A stretch of 64,000 bases of DNA from a virus (taxonomy: Duplodnaviria; Caudoviricetes), in the IMG/VR virus record IMGVR_UViG_3300032092_000001. The stretch is one strand, 5' to 3'. Shown here piece after piece: positions 1-9,086 of this stretch; position 1 is the first letter of the stretch, and the number at the start of each line of letters is the position of its first letter. Both the position numbers and the translations under genes were made by a program. Below the pieces are notes generated by a model. It had not been told where the DNA came from. It made no database searches and worked only from the letters and a program-made list of their open reading frames with translations.

Positions 1-781
1 CTGGTAATCCAGTTTTTTGTCCGACTTTATCAGATTGATTTGGTAAAATAACATAAAGAGGTCCTTGTTTGATATAACCATCAAAATAAGATAAACCTGG
101 TGATGATGTACACCATCTTGATTCACCTTTATCACTCTCATGGTAACCACCAAAGAAACAAGCTGCGTCTTTACCTAACTTACCCTTATCTTCAATCTTA
201 ACAACAGTCCAACTTGGACCCTTGAATACCACTTCAGAACCTGGATATTGGTATGAAGATTTTGCTTCTTCTTTTTCTTGTTTAGTACCTTTAGTTTTCT
301 CTAAACTAAAATCTTTAACTAAGTCAAACAATTGGTCTTTATCCAATTTGTTAATATCTCTCGCCTCTTGAGGTAATTGATTTTTAAATCTGTCGTATTT
401 CTTTAAATCATTAGTTACCTTATACATGTCCTCCAAGAATAAGTCTTGGTATGATTTAACAGCCGCGGTATAAGCTCTCTTATCTTCAGGGTCTGCTTCA
501 ATATTTGCAGGTTTTAAGAAATTCTTTAATAACCAATTAGTGTACTTACCAACCTTAACTAACTCCATATCTTCAGCAGTTAATGTGTCAATATCCTCAC
601 CCATGTTTCTTGGGAATTTGGTGTCAGGGTCAGCGAAAATAATCGCCTTTAATGTTTCAAATGGGATTTTTCCAGCCTCTTTTTTCTTAGCTTCTGGATT
701 TTTATCAACTAATTTGTCATACAATAACTTAAATCTTGAGTTTTCTAAGATAAGTGATGTTAAAATACTTGTAAATTTCAT
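1..781 (-). CDS. Hypothetical protein, putative internal head/cargo protein (runs off window start)
   Basis: ATG at 781 (MKFTSILTSLILENSRFKLLYDK...). Frame stays open to the window edge and includes ...RWCTSSPGLSYFDGYIKQGPLYVIL. TATTTAT lies 18 nt upstream. Missing from the ORF track because no stop is in view. Confidence 0.8.
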   Translation of the reverse strand, partial: MKFTSILTSLILENSRFKLLYDKLVDKNPEAKKKEAGKIPFETLKAIIFADPDTKFPRNMGEDIDTLTAEDMELVKVGKYTNWLLKNFLKPANIEADPEDKRAYTAAVKSYQDLFLEDMYKVTNDLKKYDRFKNQLPQEARDINKLDKDQLFDLVKDFSLEKTKGTKQEKEEAKSSYQYPGSEVVFKGPSWTVVKIEDKGKLGKDAACFFGGYHESDKGESRWCTSSPGLSYFDGYIKQGPLYVILPNQSDKVGQKTGLP

Positions 782-799
782 TTCAATCTATTTTTTTAT

Positions 800-806
800 A
801 TAAATA
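800..806 (-). promoter_or_regulatory. TATTTAT putative late promoter
   Basis: ataaata on +, 18 nt upstream of ATG 781; recurrent motif. Confidence 0.55.
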
Positions 807-808
807 TA

Positions 809-1648
809 TCAATAATTCATTATTAATAGCTCTTCTCCCATATTTTGTGATTTACCTTTCTTTGCCGCCGCAGCTTTAGCAAATTCTTTCTTTTCCCACT
901 TATATTCAGTTTCAGGAAACCACTCGTGCAAAAGTACAAAATCATAATAAGATAACGAAAACTTTCCTTCAATATTTTTCAACACATTTGCCAATCTTTC
1001 GTGGTCTTCTCTATCAAAATCGTGATTTGAATAATAGTTTTCAGTTTTCCAATAGGGTGGGTCAACATAAAAATATGTTGTCGGACTATCAAATTCCTTA
1101 ATCACATCTTCAAAATCACCTAATCTAAAATGAGAAATCTTATTAAAATGTTCCACCCATTCAGGTTTAGATAACTTATCTCTAAATGTAAGATATTTTG
1201 ACTTATACTTACCCTTTAAATCAATAAATGAACTTGTCTCAGGTTTTGAACCGCTGAAAACTTGGGTTAAAACATAAGCATACTTGGCAGCAACATTATA
1301 ATCAGGGTAACTAATTGTAAATCCATCAGAAAAAATCTCCTTTTGGAACTCATTAAATTGTTCTTTATATATAAGTGGGGTAACTTCTTCCCCTTGTTGT
1401 TGACAAGGAATACTATTTACCGCAGATAACAGAACTTCAGGGTTCTGAAGACACATAAACAAATTGTAGTTGAGTGGATTAAAGTCGTTATAAACAACTC
1501 TTTTAAGATTTGGATATTGTTTTAAATCCATATTAAAGAAACACCAAAACATTCCTCCGAATGTCTCAACGTATGTTTCCATATCTGTTGGGTAGAACGG
1601 AACAATCCATTTACCAATTTTACTCTTACCACCAATATAACTCAGCAT
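809..1648 (-). CDS. dam: Dam/D12-class N6-adenine DNA methyltransferase
   Basis: Motifs SYIGGKSK, ETFGGMF (SAM-binding), VYNDFN and DPPY. Likely start is MLSYIGG at 1648 rather than 1690, because a promoter-like element occupies 1660-1690. Target sequence unknown. Confidence 0.9.
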   Translation of the reverse strand: MLSYIGGKSKIGKWIVPFYPTDMETYVETFGGMFWCFFNMDLKQYPNLKRVVYNDFNPLNYNLFMCLQNPEVLLSAVNSIPCQQQGEEVTPLIYKEQFNEFQKEIFSDGFTISYPDYNVAAKYAYVLTQVFSGSKPETSSFIDLKGKYKSKYLTFRDKLSKPEWVEHFNKISHFRLGDFEDVIKEFDSPTTYFYVDPPYWKTENYYSNHDFDREDHERLANVLKNIEGKFSLSYYDFVLLHEWFPETEYKWEKKEFAKAAAAKKGKSQNMGEELLIMNY

Positions 1649-1659
1649 AACTTTTTTTG

Positions 1660-1690
1660 TAAGTATAATAATTTTTAAGACATAAAACAA
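1660..1690 (-). promoter_or_regulatory. Host-like (Bacteroidota sigma-A type) promoter
   Basis: TTG-N20-TATACTTA, 11 nt upstream of ATG 1648. Confidence 0.45.
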
Positions 1691-1751
1691 CCAAAAATAT
1701 TTCCAATTTAAGAATTATTATTTAATATTACTCATATAACACATATAGAAT

Positions 1752-1925
1752 ATGAAAAACTTAAAAGATATCACCCCGACATTGATGGATAAGGATTGTG
1801 AGGGATGTAAAAAGACAAGAGCCGCAGCAATTAAATACACGATTATCGGCTCGTTTATTATTGGAACCTCAATCTACGGGATTGTAACCCTATTTAATAA
1901 GATATTAGAGATTTTTGTTAAGTAG
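1752..1925 (+). CDS. 57-aa small membrane protein with CxxC (not in ORF track)
   Basis: MKNLKDITPTLMDKDCEGCKKTRAAAIKYTIIGSFIIGTSIYGIVTLFNKILEIFVK; fills an otherwise empty gap; one TM helix. Confidence 0.55.
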   Translation: MKNLKDITPTLMDKDCEGCKKTRAAAIKYTIIGSFIIGTSIYGIVTLFNKILEIFVK

Positions 1926-2375
1926 TTGTTTTAAGAACTCTTCTTTTGTAAAATTGTTCTTTTTCTTTGGTTGAGTAACCTTAGTTTCAACTATTCTTGG
2001 TTTTTCAACAATTGTTTCTTCTTGTTCAATTACTTGAACTTTCATTTTTGGTTTTTCTTCAACTTGTTCTTGGACTACCACATTAACTTTCTTATTTGTT
2101 TTAACTGTGAAGTCTGAAGACCATGGCTCAAAATATACGTCATCAGCAATAACTTCCAATCTCATATTACCATTTGAACCTTCAGATAAGAAATGTTTTG
2201 TTTTAGGAATGTTAACTTCACAAAGTCCGTTATTCTCAATTCTACCTTTAAACATATAAGACATTTCATCTGTCTCAACAACTAATCTTACTTGTGATTT
2301 TGCAAGAGATGTTCCTTCTATTTCAATATTACAATTGAACTTATTTGGTTTGTCTGTATATAAACTGTACGCCAT
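1905..2375 (-). CDS. Hypothetical protein (beta-rich N-terminus, charged C-terminus)
   Basis: 156-aa ORF; TATTTAT 5 nt upstream. Confidence 0.75.
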   Translation of the reverse strand: MAYSLYTDKPNKFNCNIEIEGTSLAKSQVRLVVETDEMSYMFKGRIENNGLCEVNIPKTKHFLSEGSNGNMRLEVIADDVYFEPWSSDFTVKTNKKVNVVVQEQVEEKPKMKVQVIEQEETIVEKPRIVETKVTQPKKKNNFTKEEFLKQLLNKNL

Positions 2376-2380
2376 ATCTC

Positions 2381-2387
2381 ATAAATA
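2381..2387 (-). promoter_or_regulatory. TATTTAT putative late promoter
   Basis: 5 nt upstream of ATG 2375. Confidence 0.55.
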
Positions 2388-2389
2388 TA

Positions 2390-2725
2390 TCAATCTTCAT
2401 TAATTTTAACATTGACTTTCACAAATCTTTCAACAGATGCTTTAACTTCAATATCCGATAATTTAATCTTAACTTTTGTGTTTTTGTTTTTATTCACTTT
2501 TCTTTCAAACTCAATCTCATCAACATTTAATCTAACAAATAAGTTAATAAGTATTTCTTTTTCATCTTCAGGTAAATCCTTTAATCTCTTCCTTAGTGTT
2601 TGTGATGATATCGCACCTCCTCCACCTCCAATAACTTTTTCAATAACACAGCCTTCCGCCCAAGTGAAAGGTGTATCAATCCAAGCAAAAGGTGTTTCAT
2701 CCCAAGCGTAACAAATAGTAGCCAT
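2390..2725 (-). CDS. Hypothetical protein
   Basis: 111 aa; repeated W-x-(E/D)-TPF motif, Gly linker, charged C-terminus. Confidence 0.7.
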   Translation of the reverse strand: MATICYAWDETPFAWIDTPFTWAEGCVIEKVIGGGGGAISSQTLRKRLKDLPEDEKEILINLFVRLNVDEIEFERKVNKNKNTKVKIKLSDIEVKASVERFVKVNVKINED

Positions 2726-2727
2726 AC

Positions 2728-2739
2728 TATTTATAAATA
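2728..2739. promoter_or_regulatory. Palindromic bidirectional TATTTAT element
   Basis: TATTTATAAATA is a perfect 12-bp palindrome between divergent ATGs at 2725 (-) and 2764 (+). Confidence 0.6.
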
Positions 2740-2763
2740 ACTTAAAATTTGTAAAATTAAAGC

Positions 2764-3297
2764 ATGGCCGATATTAAAGACCAATTAATTAAAGATTCTT
2801 ATAATTACGTCTTACAATCTGACTTATCAACTGGTGTAGTATATCGAATAGGTGGAACCATCCCTGTAAATCCAATTTTTTCTTCAGGACTTACAATTAA
2901 TGATAGTTTTACATATTCTAACGGAACTGAACAGAATGGATTCGCTTTATTAACGGATGGTACAGGTTATGCGTATTGGGGACCTGTATCTGGGTCGTCA
3001 AATGGACAATATCTTCATTTAAGTGGTGGTACTGTAACCGGTCCGACTATTTTTCAAAGTGGGGTTACTGCCAATACAATTTACACATCAAGTAAATTAA
3101 GTGTTGGGGGATTACCTCAAAATTTATCGGCGATAATTGAAATTGCCAGCACAACTCAAGGAATTTTATTTCCTAGAATGACAAATTCTCAAAGAGAATC
3201 AATAGTAAGTCCTACTCCAGGGTTATTTGTTTTTTGTACGGATTTCCCTGATGGACTATTTATGTATAAATCCACAGGTTGGTTACAAATATTATAA
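2764..3297 (+). CDS. Short tail-fibre-like virion protein
   Basis: YLHLSGGTVTGPTIFQSGVTANT motif and C-terminal SAIIEIASTTQGILFPRMT...SPTPGL module, both shared with 40778-43375. Confidence 0.65.
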   Translation: MADIKDQLIKDSYNYVLQSDLSTGVVYRIGGTIPVNPIFSSGLTINDSFTYSNGTEQNGFALLTDGTGYAYWGPVSGSSNGQYLHLSGGTVTGPTIFQSGVTANTIYTSSKLSVGGLPQNLSAIIEIASTTQGILFPRMTNSQRESIVSPTPGLFVFCTDFPDGLFMYKSTGWLQIL

Positions 3298-3300
3298 GGA

Positions 3301-6300
3301 ATGGCAAATAACGGTATATATTATAGTTCGGGTAATACTTTAAATTTTACAACAGATAATACTACTTGGGCAACATTGACAAGTGGTGGAACATTTGTAA
3401 TTAATACTGTTTCAGGAGGTACTTATCTTAATTTACCAGCGTCGACTGGAGGTACTTCAACATCAGGAGCTTATCTTCCTTTAAGTGGTGGAACAGTAAC
3501 AGGAGCAACTAACTTCACAGGTGGGTTGACTGCAAATACAATATCAGCAACCACAATATCACAACCATTCACAACAGGTTCGGTAATATTCCAAGGAAGT
3601 GGTGGAACATTAAGTCAAAGTAACTCACAATTATTTTGGGATAATACAAATAACAGATTCGGGGTTGGGACTAATACTTTTTGGGGAACCACTAAAGCAC
3701 TTGTTGTAGATAGTGCAACTGAAGGTAGATTAGGAGTTGCTAATACAGGTAAACAAGGTGTTTATTTGGGACGAGTTTCTAATTTTTCTCAAATATTTGC
3801 TTACGATTATACCGCAGTGGCAGCACTACCATTATCAATAAATTCATTTGGTGGAAACGTACTAATAGGAACCACAACAGATTCGGGTTATCTATTAGAT
3901 GTTAACGGAACAAGTCGTTTAAATGGATTATCGTCAATAAACGGGGTCGGAGTTGCTAATACTGCATTGGCAATTTATGCCAACGGGACAGGTGGCGGTA
4001 ACTATATTATAAATGCGTATGACTCAGGTTTAGTTCAAAGATTTTACGTCGCAGCGAGTGGTAATTTTAGAATAGCTGGAGCTACTGATACAGGTACGAG
4101 TGGTTCAGATGAAAAAATGAGATTGACGTTAACGTTCTCACCAACAAGTGGGAATCGTGAACATTATGGACATTATATCACACAAACAATAAATCAAACA
4201 GGAGGTGCAAGTGGTATCACAAGAGGGATTTATATTACCCCAACATTAACTTCGGCGTATGATTATAGAGCAATAGAAACTACCATAGGAGATGTAATGT
4301 TAAATACTATAAGTGGTAACACACTTATTGGTACAACTGCTGACACAGGAACTTACAAATTAGACGTTAATGGGGCCACGAGGGTAAGTGGTGTAATGCG
4401 TTCAACAGATGTTTTTGTAGTAGGAGGAACTGCAACCTCAAACACTGCAAATGCTCGTTTTTGGTCAAGTGGCGGTCAAGCTCCAACAAGTGGATTATAT
4501 CGAGGTTTTTATACCGACATTTCATTCATTCCTACCAATGGAAGTTCTGAATGGTATGGATTAGATTTAAGACCGACTATTAACCAAACAGGTGGTGCAA
4601 ATGGTGTAACACGAGGTTTATATATCGCAGCCGCACTAACATCCGCAGCTGACTTTAGGGCAATAGAAACTACCGTCGGTAATGTAATTTTAAATGGTAC
4701 AAGTGGTAACACCATAATAGGTAAAACAACAGATTCAGGTCAAAAATTACAAGTTAGTGGAAATACATTAATCCAAGGTGGTTTAACTGCCACAACGATA
4801 TCCGCAACGACATATCAAAACTTACCTTTTTCAGGTAGTGTAACAGGTAGTGGAACAACAGGTTATTTACCAAAATGGACAGGTTCAACAGGTTTAAGTA
4901 ATTCTTTAGTTTACGATGCAACAACAGGTGTTACAATAGGGACAGGTTTTACTTGGAATAATACAAATTCAAGATTAGGAATTGGGACAAGTAGTCCTTC
5001 ATATAGTATCCATTCAACAGGTACTATTTCGACGGGTACAGGAAACTTATTGGACGGAACATTACGAATTGAGCGTTCAGGCGGGGGTATTGGATTAGTA
5101 ATTCAAGGTTCAAATGGAAATGTTATTGGTGGAGGTGGTTACCCGGCTTATGAACCATATAACTACGGAACCGCTGACCATAACTTTAACATAGGTCACG
5201 CATCTGTAGGTAATTATAATTGGTTTGTTGGGACAAATTCTACATTGAATCTTAACACCAATTTAATGCGTCTTACCAGGGGTGGTAATTTACTCATTGG
5301 CACAACAACAGATTCAGGATATAAATTAGACGTAAATGGTACCGCAAGATTTACTAATTACGTGTACGCCCAATCAGGAGTTACTGTTGGTGGTACAGGT
5401 GGGGTTGCTGGGGTATTTCCAGCCGCAGGGTCAGTATTAAATAGAGAAACAGTAGTACTACGAGGAGGTCTAATTCCATCCGACGCCGGAGATGATATAG
5501 TTTTATCCAATGGCCAAGGAGACGCCGCAAATACATCGTCAACAAGAACTTTAGTAAACATTTCCAGAGGTTTCAATCCAATAAGTGGAACGGGGGTTTA
5601 TAATATTTTAAGAATAACTTCTCCCATTAACCAAACGGGAGGCGCTAATGGTATTACACGAGGTCTTTATGTTAATCCAACATTAACATCCGCAGCTGAC
5701 TTTAGAGCCATTGAAGTAGAAAGAGGTAAAGTAATATTAAATAGTATAAGTGGTAACACGTTAATTGGTACCACCGCAGACACAGGAACTTACAAATTAG
5801 ATGTCCTTGGTAATACAAGATTCTCAGCAACAACAGGAACAAGTTTAACTGTAATCAGTTCAGGTAATAGTACATCATCACCTGTCTTTTCAGTTCAAGG
5901 TTCACAAGGTGAGTTGTTTAGTGTTACAGATAGTTTAACAGGTTCATTATTCTCTGTAAGTGACATATCAGGTTTACCAATAATGGAAGTATTCTCTGAT
6001 AGTACAATAATACTTGGAGATTACCAAGCTCCATCACTTTATACAACAAAACGTGTCACATCAATTACCGCATCAACAGGTACAACAATCTATTCATTCC
6101 CAACAAGTGCTTACACATCTTCATTTGTTGATTATTATGTGTCAGGTAGTACGGGATTAAGAGCGGGTAATATTATGGCAATATGGAGTGGTACTTCAGT
6201 TAACTTTACTGAAACATCTACTAATGATTTGGGCAATACTACTCCGTTAACTTTTGGTTTTGTAATCTCAGGTTCAAATGCGGTTTTACAAGCATCAGCT

Positions 6301-6345
6301 TCAACATCTACTTGGATAGTTAAAACAATAGTTAGAGGGTTATAA
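3301..6345 (+). CDS. Long tail-fibre-like protein with internal repeats
   Basis: 1014 aa, G/T/S/N-rich; repeated GN(V/T)LIGTT.D.GY.LDVNG and INQTGGA.G.TRG.Y units. Confidence 0.75.
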   Translation: MANNGIYYSSGNTLNFTTDNTTWATLTSGGTFVINTVSGGTYLNLPASTGGTSTSGAYLPLSGGTVTGATNFTGGLTANTISATTISQPFTTGSVIFQGSGGTLSQSNSQLFWDNTNNRFGVGTNTFWGTTKALVVDSATEGRLGVANTGKQGVYLGRVSNFSQIFAYDYTAVAALPLSINSFGGNVLIGTTTDSGYLLDVNGTSRLNGLSSINGVGVANTALAIYANGTGGGNYIINAYDSGLVQRFYVAASGNFRIAGATDTGTSGSDEKMRLTLTFSPTSGNREHYGHYITQTINQTGGASGITRGIYITPTLTSAYDYRAIETTIGDVMLNTISGNTLIGTTADTGTYKLDVNGATRVSGVMRSTDVFVVGGTATSNTANARFWSSGGQAPTSGLYRGFYTDISFIPTNGSSEWYGLDLRPTINQTGGANGVTRGLYIAAALTSAADFRAIETTVGNVILNGTSGNTIIGKTTDSGQKLQVSGNTLIQGGLTATTISATTYQNLPFSGSVTGSGTTGYLPKWTGSTGLSNSLVYDATTGVTIGTGFTWNNTNSRLGIGTSSPSYSIHSTGTISTGTGNLLDGTLRIERSGGGIGLVIQGSNGNVIGGGGYPAYEPYNYGTADHNFNIGHASVGNYNWFVGTNSTLNLNTNLMRLTRGGNLLIGTTTDSGYKLDVNGTARFTNYVYAQSGVTVGGTGGVAGVFPAAGSVLNRETVVLRGGLIPSDAGDDIVLSNGQGDAANTSSTRTLVNISRGFNPISGTGVYNILRITSPINQTGGANGITRGLYVNPTLTSAADFRAIEVERGKVILNSISGNTLIGTTADTGTYKLDVLGNTRFSATTGTSLTVISSGNSTSSPVFSVQGSQGELFSVTDSLTGSLFSVSDISGLPIMEVFSDSTIILGDYQAPSLYTTKRVTSITASTGTTIYSFPTSAYTSSFVDYYVSGSTGLRAGNIMAIWSGTSVNFTETSTNDLGNTTPLTFGFVISGSNAVLQASASTSTWIVKTIVRGL
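4190..5815 (+). repeat. Three dispersed ~65-aa intragenic repeats
   Basis: INQTGGA.G(I/V)TRG(I/L)Y...TSA.D(Y/F)RAIE...SGNT.IG.T.D.G..KL.V copies start near 4190, 4580 and 5630. DNA identity is visible, e.g. aacatccgcagctgactttag near 4639 and 5685. Confidence 0.85.
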
Positions 6346-6346
6346 T

Positions 6347-7042
6347 ATGGCTTTTAGATATTCACCCAAAATAGTAACGGACGGATTAGTTTTATACTTG
6401 GATGCTGCGAATACTAAATCATATGTAAGTGGGAGTACTATATGGACTGATATTTCACGTACAGGAATAAATGGAGTATTAGTTAATGGGCCAACTTTTA
6501 ATAGTGGAAATGGAGGAAGTATAGTATTTGATGGCACAAATGATTATGTCACATGCGGAAACATCCTAGATTATACATCAGGAAATTTTACATTTAGTTG
6601 TTGGGTTTACATTAATAGTTTAACAACAAATTCACCAGGACAAGGGCCTATTTTGTTTTATAAAGGCCAATTTAATTCTAAGGGATACTATACCCAAATA
6701 ACCCAAACTGGTAATTTATCTATAGTGACAAATAATCCGGGAGTAAACAACGTATCCACCACAAACTCAGGAATAATTTCAGCAGGCAATATATACAACT
6801 TAACTTTTTCTAGAAATGGAACTTCAATTCGTATATATGTCAACGGTGTAGATGTTACAACTTCACCTGGAGTACATGCCAATCCAACCACAAGTAGTGA
6901 GCCCTTTTTAATTTCCACTTATGCACTTTCAATTTATTCTAATATAAGAATTTTTAATTTTTTAAACTACAATAGAGTCCTTTCATCTTTAGAAGTTCTT
7001 CAAAACTACAATTCCACTAAATCAAGATTTGGATTAACATAA
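6347..7042 (+). CDS. LamG/concanavalin A-like domain protein 1
   Basis: GLVLYLDAA...NGPTFNSGNGGSIVFDGTNDY...YNRVLSSLEVLQNYN. Confidence 0.8.
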   Translation: MAFRYSPKIVTDGLVLYLDAANTKSYVSGSTIWTDISRTGINGVLVNGPTFNSGNGGSIVFDGTNDYVTCGNILDYTSGNFTFSCWVYINSLTTNSPGQGPILFYKGQFNSKGYYTQITQTGNLSIVTNNPGVNNVSTTNSGIISAGNIYNLTFSRNGTSIRIYVNGVDVTTSPGVHANPTTSSEPFLISTYALSIYSNIRIFNFLNYNRVLSSLEVLQNYNSTKSRFGLT

Positions 7043-7043
7043 T

Positions 7044-7748
7044 ATGGCAGGAAGAATATCATATTACGGAGGAATAGTAAGAAATGGTCTAATATTAGAT
7101 TTAGATGCAGCAAAATTTGATTCATACCCTAAAACAGGTACCCGTTGGTATGATATCGTTTGGTCAACATCGGGTGGAACACTAATAAATGGTCCTGCGT
7201 TTAATAGTAATAATGGTGGTTATATTTCATTTGATGGTACGAATGATTATGCAGATTTAGGTAATGTATTATTTAATAGTGCGACTACAGTAACATTAGA
7301 TATATGGGTCAATATTCCCAGTATGGTAGTTAACAAGTACATAATGTCTAAAGGTTCTGCCGCTGATGGTATATCTACTTTTTTTTTAACAACAGGTCCT
7401 GGACCATCAGGTGGTGGTTCAAGTTATGTAAGATTTGCAATGGGTAATCAATCAGGTACCACTTCCTCCGTTATAGAGTATTCTAGTTTAGTTTGGGGTC
7501 AATGGTATAATTTTACTTTTACATATAATGGAACAACTATCACTGGATATAGAAATGCTTCAACACCACAAACCAGTTCATTGAGTGGGAATTTATATAC
7601 AACAACATCACCAATAAATTTGGCAAGTGATAAATATGGTAATGTGGGTGCGGCAAATATCGCGTCGTTTAAAATCTACAACAGAGTACTATCGTCAACA
7701 GAGGTACTTCAAAACTACAACGCAGTTAAAGGAAGATTTGGATTATAA
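7044..7748 (+). CDS. LamG/concanavalin A-like domain protein 2
   Basis: GLILDLDAA...FDGTNDY...WYNFTFTYNG...IYNRVLSSTEVLQNYN. Confidence 0.8.
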   Translation: MAGRISYYGGIVRNGLILDLDAAKFDSYPKTGTRWYDIVWSTSGGTLINGPAFNSNNGGYISFDGTNDYADLGNVLFNSATTVTLDIWVNIPSMVVNKYIMSKGSAADGISTFFLTTGPGPSGGGSSYVRFAMGNQSGTTSSVIEYSSLVWGQWYNFTFTYNGTTITGYRNASTPQTSSLSGNLYTTTSPINLASDKYGNVGAANIASFKIYNRVLSSTEVLQNYNAVKGRFGL

Positions 7749-7760
7749 TATTTATAACAT

Positions 7761-8018
7761 ATGGAATACGGACAAAGACAATTTATGATATTTGGTACAA
7801 GTGAGTTACCTCTTATTGATTTTACACAAGTTTTAGAAACATCAATAGATACCGTTAGAAAGTCGGTTGATGAAACAAAAACATTTGTTAAATGGGATGG
7901 TGAGGTCGTTCCATCAAGTGTGGATTCTTTAACAACAAAAGAAGGACCGTACACTTATGAAGAAATATTAACCATTTTACAAACTCCTGAATGGACATCT
8001 CCTGAACCAATTATATGA
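7761..8018 (+). CDS. Small conserved phage protein (fibre accessory?)
   Basis: 85 aa, IDFTQVLETS.DTVRKSVD..KTFVKWDG; sits between LamG genes. Confidence 0.7.
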   Translation: MEYGQRQFMIFGTSELPLIDFTQVLETSIDTVRKSVDETKTFVKWDGEVVPSSVDSLTTKEGPYTYEEILTILQTPEWTSPEPII

Positions 8019-8767
8019 GTACAGTACAGAATGTAAGAAATATTACAACAAATGGATTGGTCTTATTCTTGGATGCCGCAAATCCTAAATCATATGTAAG
8101 TGGTAGTACCTCTTGGAATGATTTATCAATTGGTGGAAATAATGGAACCTTGATAAATGGACCAACATATAATAGTGGAAACGCTGGTAATATCTCTTTT
8201 GACGCTGTTGATGACTATTGTGCAATAACAAATAATTTAACAACTCGGCAAAAGTGGAGTAGTTTTTGGTCAAATTCTAATGAGGTTACCTTTATAATGG
8301 TAATCTCTGCAAATTTTTCAGGAAATACAACACAACGAGACCCAATATTCGGACAACAATACTACTATGGTGCGGGTTTTAGTATTGAAATTCACGCAAA
8401 CAACCAATCACCTCGTGCGATTGGTTATAATATAGGGGCTTCTGGTAATTTTAATAATCTTAATGGACCAACGTGGAGTAATTTTACTAATACTCCAACA
8501 TTTATTAGTATAACACATAATGGTACTACAAAGGCAGTAAGGTTTTCGGTAAATGGAGTGTTCTATAATACTGCACTACCTCAATCAGTTTCAGTCGGAA
8601 ACTTTATGAGTGATACAACAAACAACGTACAATTAGCAAGATTTACAGACGGAGAAGGTTATAGTAGTAAATCATTTTATCAATTAATGACTTACAATAG
8701 AGTACTTTCAGACCAAGAAGTTCTCCAAATTTATAATAGCGTCAGAGGTAGATTTAATTTACCATAG
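8015..8767 (+). CDS. LamG/concanavalin A-like domain protein 3
   Basis: GLVLFLDAA...NGPTYNSGN.G.ISFDAVDDY...YNRVLSDQEVLQIYN. Confidence 0.8.
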   Translation: MSTVQNVRNITTNGLVLFLDAANPKSYVSGSTSWNDLSIGGNNGTLINGPTYNSGNAGNISFDAVDDYCAITNNLTTRQKWSSFWSNSNEVTFIMVISANFSGNTTQRDPIFGQQYYYGAGFSIEIHANNQSPRAIGYNIGASGNFNNLNGPTWSNFTNTPTFISITHNGTTKAVRFSVNGVFYNTALPQSVSVGNFMSDTTNNVQLARFTDGEGYSSKSFYQLMTYNRVLSDQEVLQIYNSVRGRFNLP

Positions 8768-8774
8768 TATTTAT
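8768..8774 (+). promoter_or_regulatory. TATTTAT putative late promoter
   Basis: 16 nt upstream of ATG 8791. Confidence 0.5.
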
Positions 8775-8790
8775 AGTAAACATTATTACT

Positions 8791-9042
8791 ATGAATATAG
8801 AAATTCAACCAGTTATCGTACCAACAAAAGGAACAGGTACTCAATTTAATTTAGATTCTCTCAAATTTCCGATGTTTCCAACATCTGTTCCATTCCTTTG
8901 GCAAGTGTTAACAGATGAAGGTATTCCTGTTTTGGAAGGTAACCTATATATGGACGAAGAAACATACAATGGATGGTCAAATGATGATAATTACGCAATT
9001 GATTGGGCTTTGAATGAGATAGGGTTACAAAGAGTAGTTTAA
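8791..9042 (+). CDS. Small acidic phage protein (fibre accessory?)
   Basis: 83-aa ORF within the fibre cluster. Confidence 0.7.
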   Translation: MNIEIQPVIVPTKGTGTQFNLDSLKFPMFPTSVPFLWQVLTDEGIPVLEGNLYMDEETYNGWSNDDNYAIDWALNEIGLQRVV

Positions 9043-9047
9043 TAACG

Positions 9048-9054
9048 TATTTAT
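9048..9054 (+). promoter_or_regulatory. TATTTAT putative late promoter
   Basis: 32 nt upstream of ATG 9087. Confidence 0.5.
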
Positions 9055-9086
9055 ATAATAATCTTGGATAGGGAAAAGATTTAATT

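Noticed and set aside
540-803. + strand 87-aa ORF
   Set aside because: Antisense shadow of the real - strand gene 1-781.
9060-9081. Hairpin with purine-rich loop (AATCTT-GGATAGGGAA-AAGATT) upstream of the tailspike
   Set aside because: Only a 6-bp, mostly A/T stem; likely to occur by chance at this composition.
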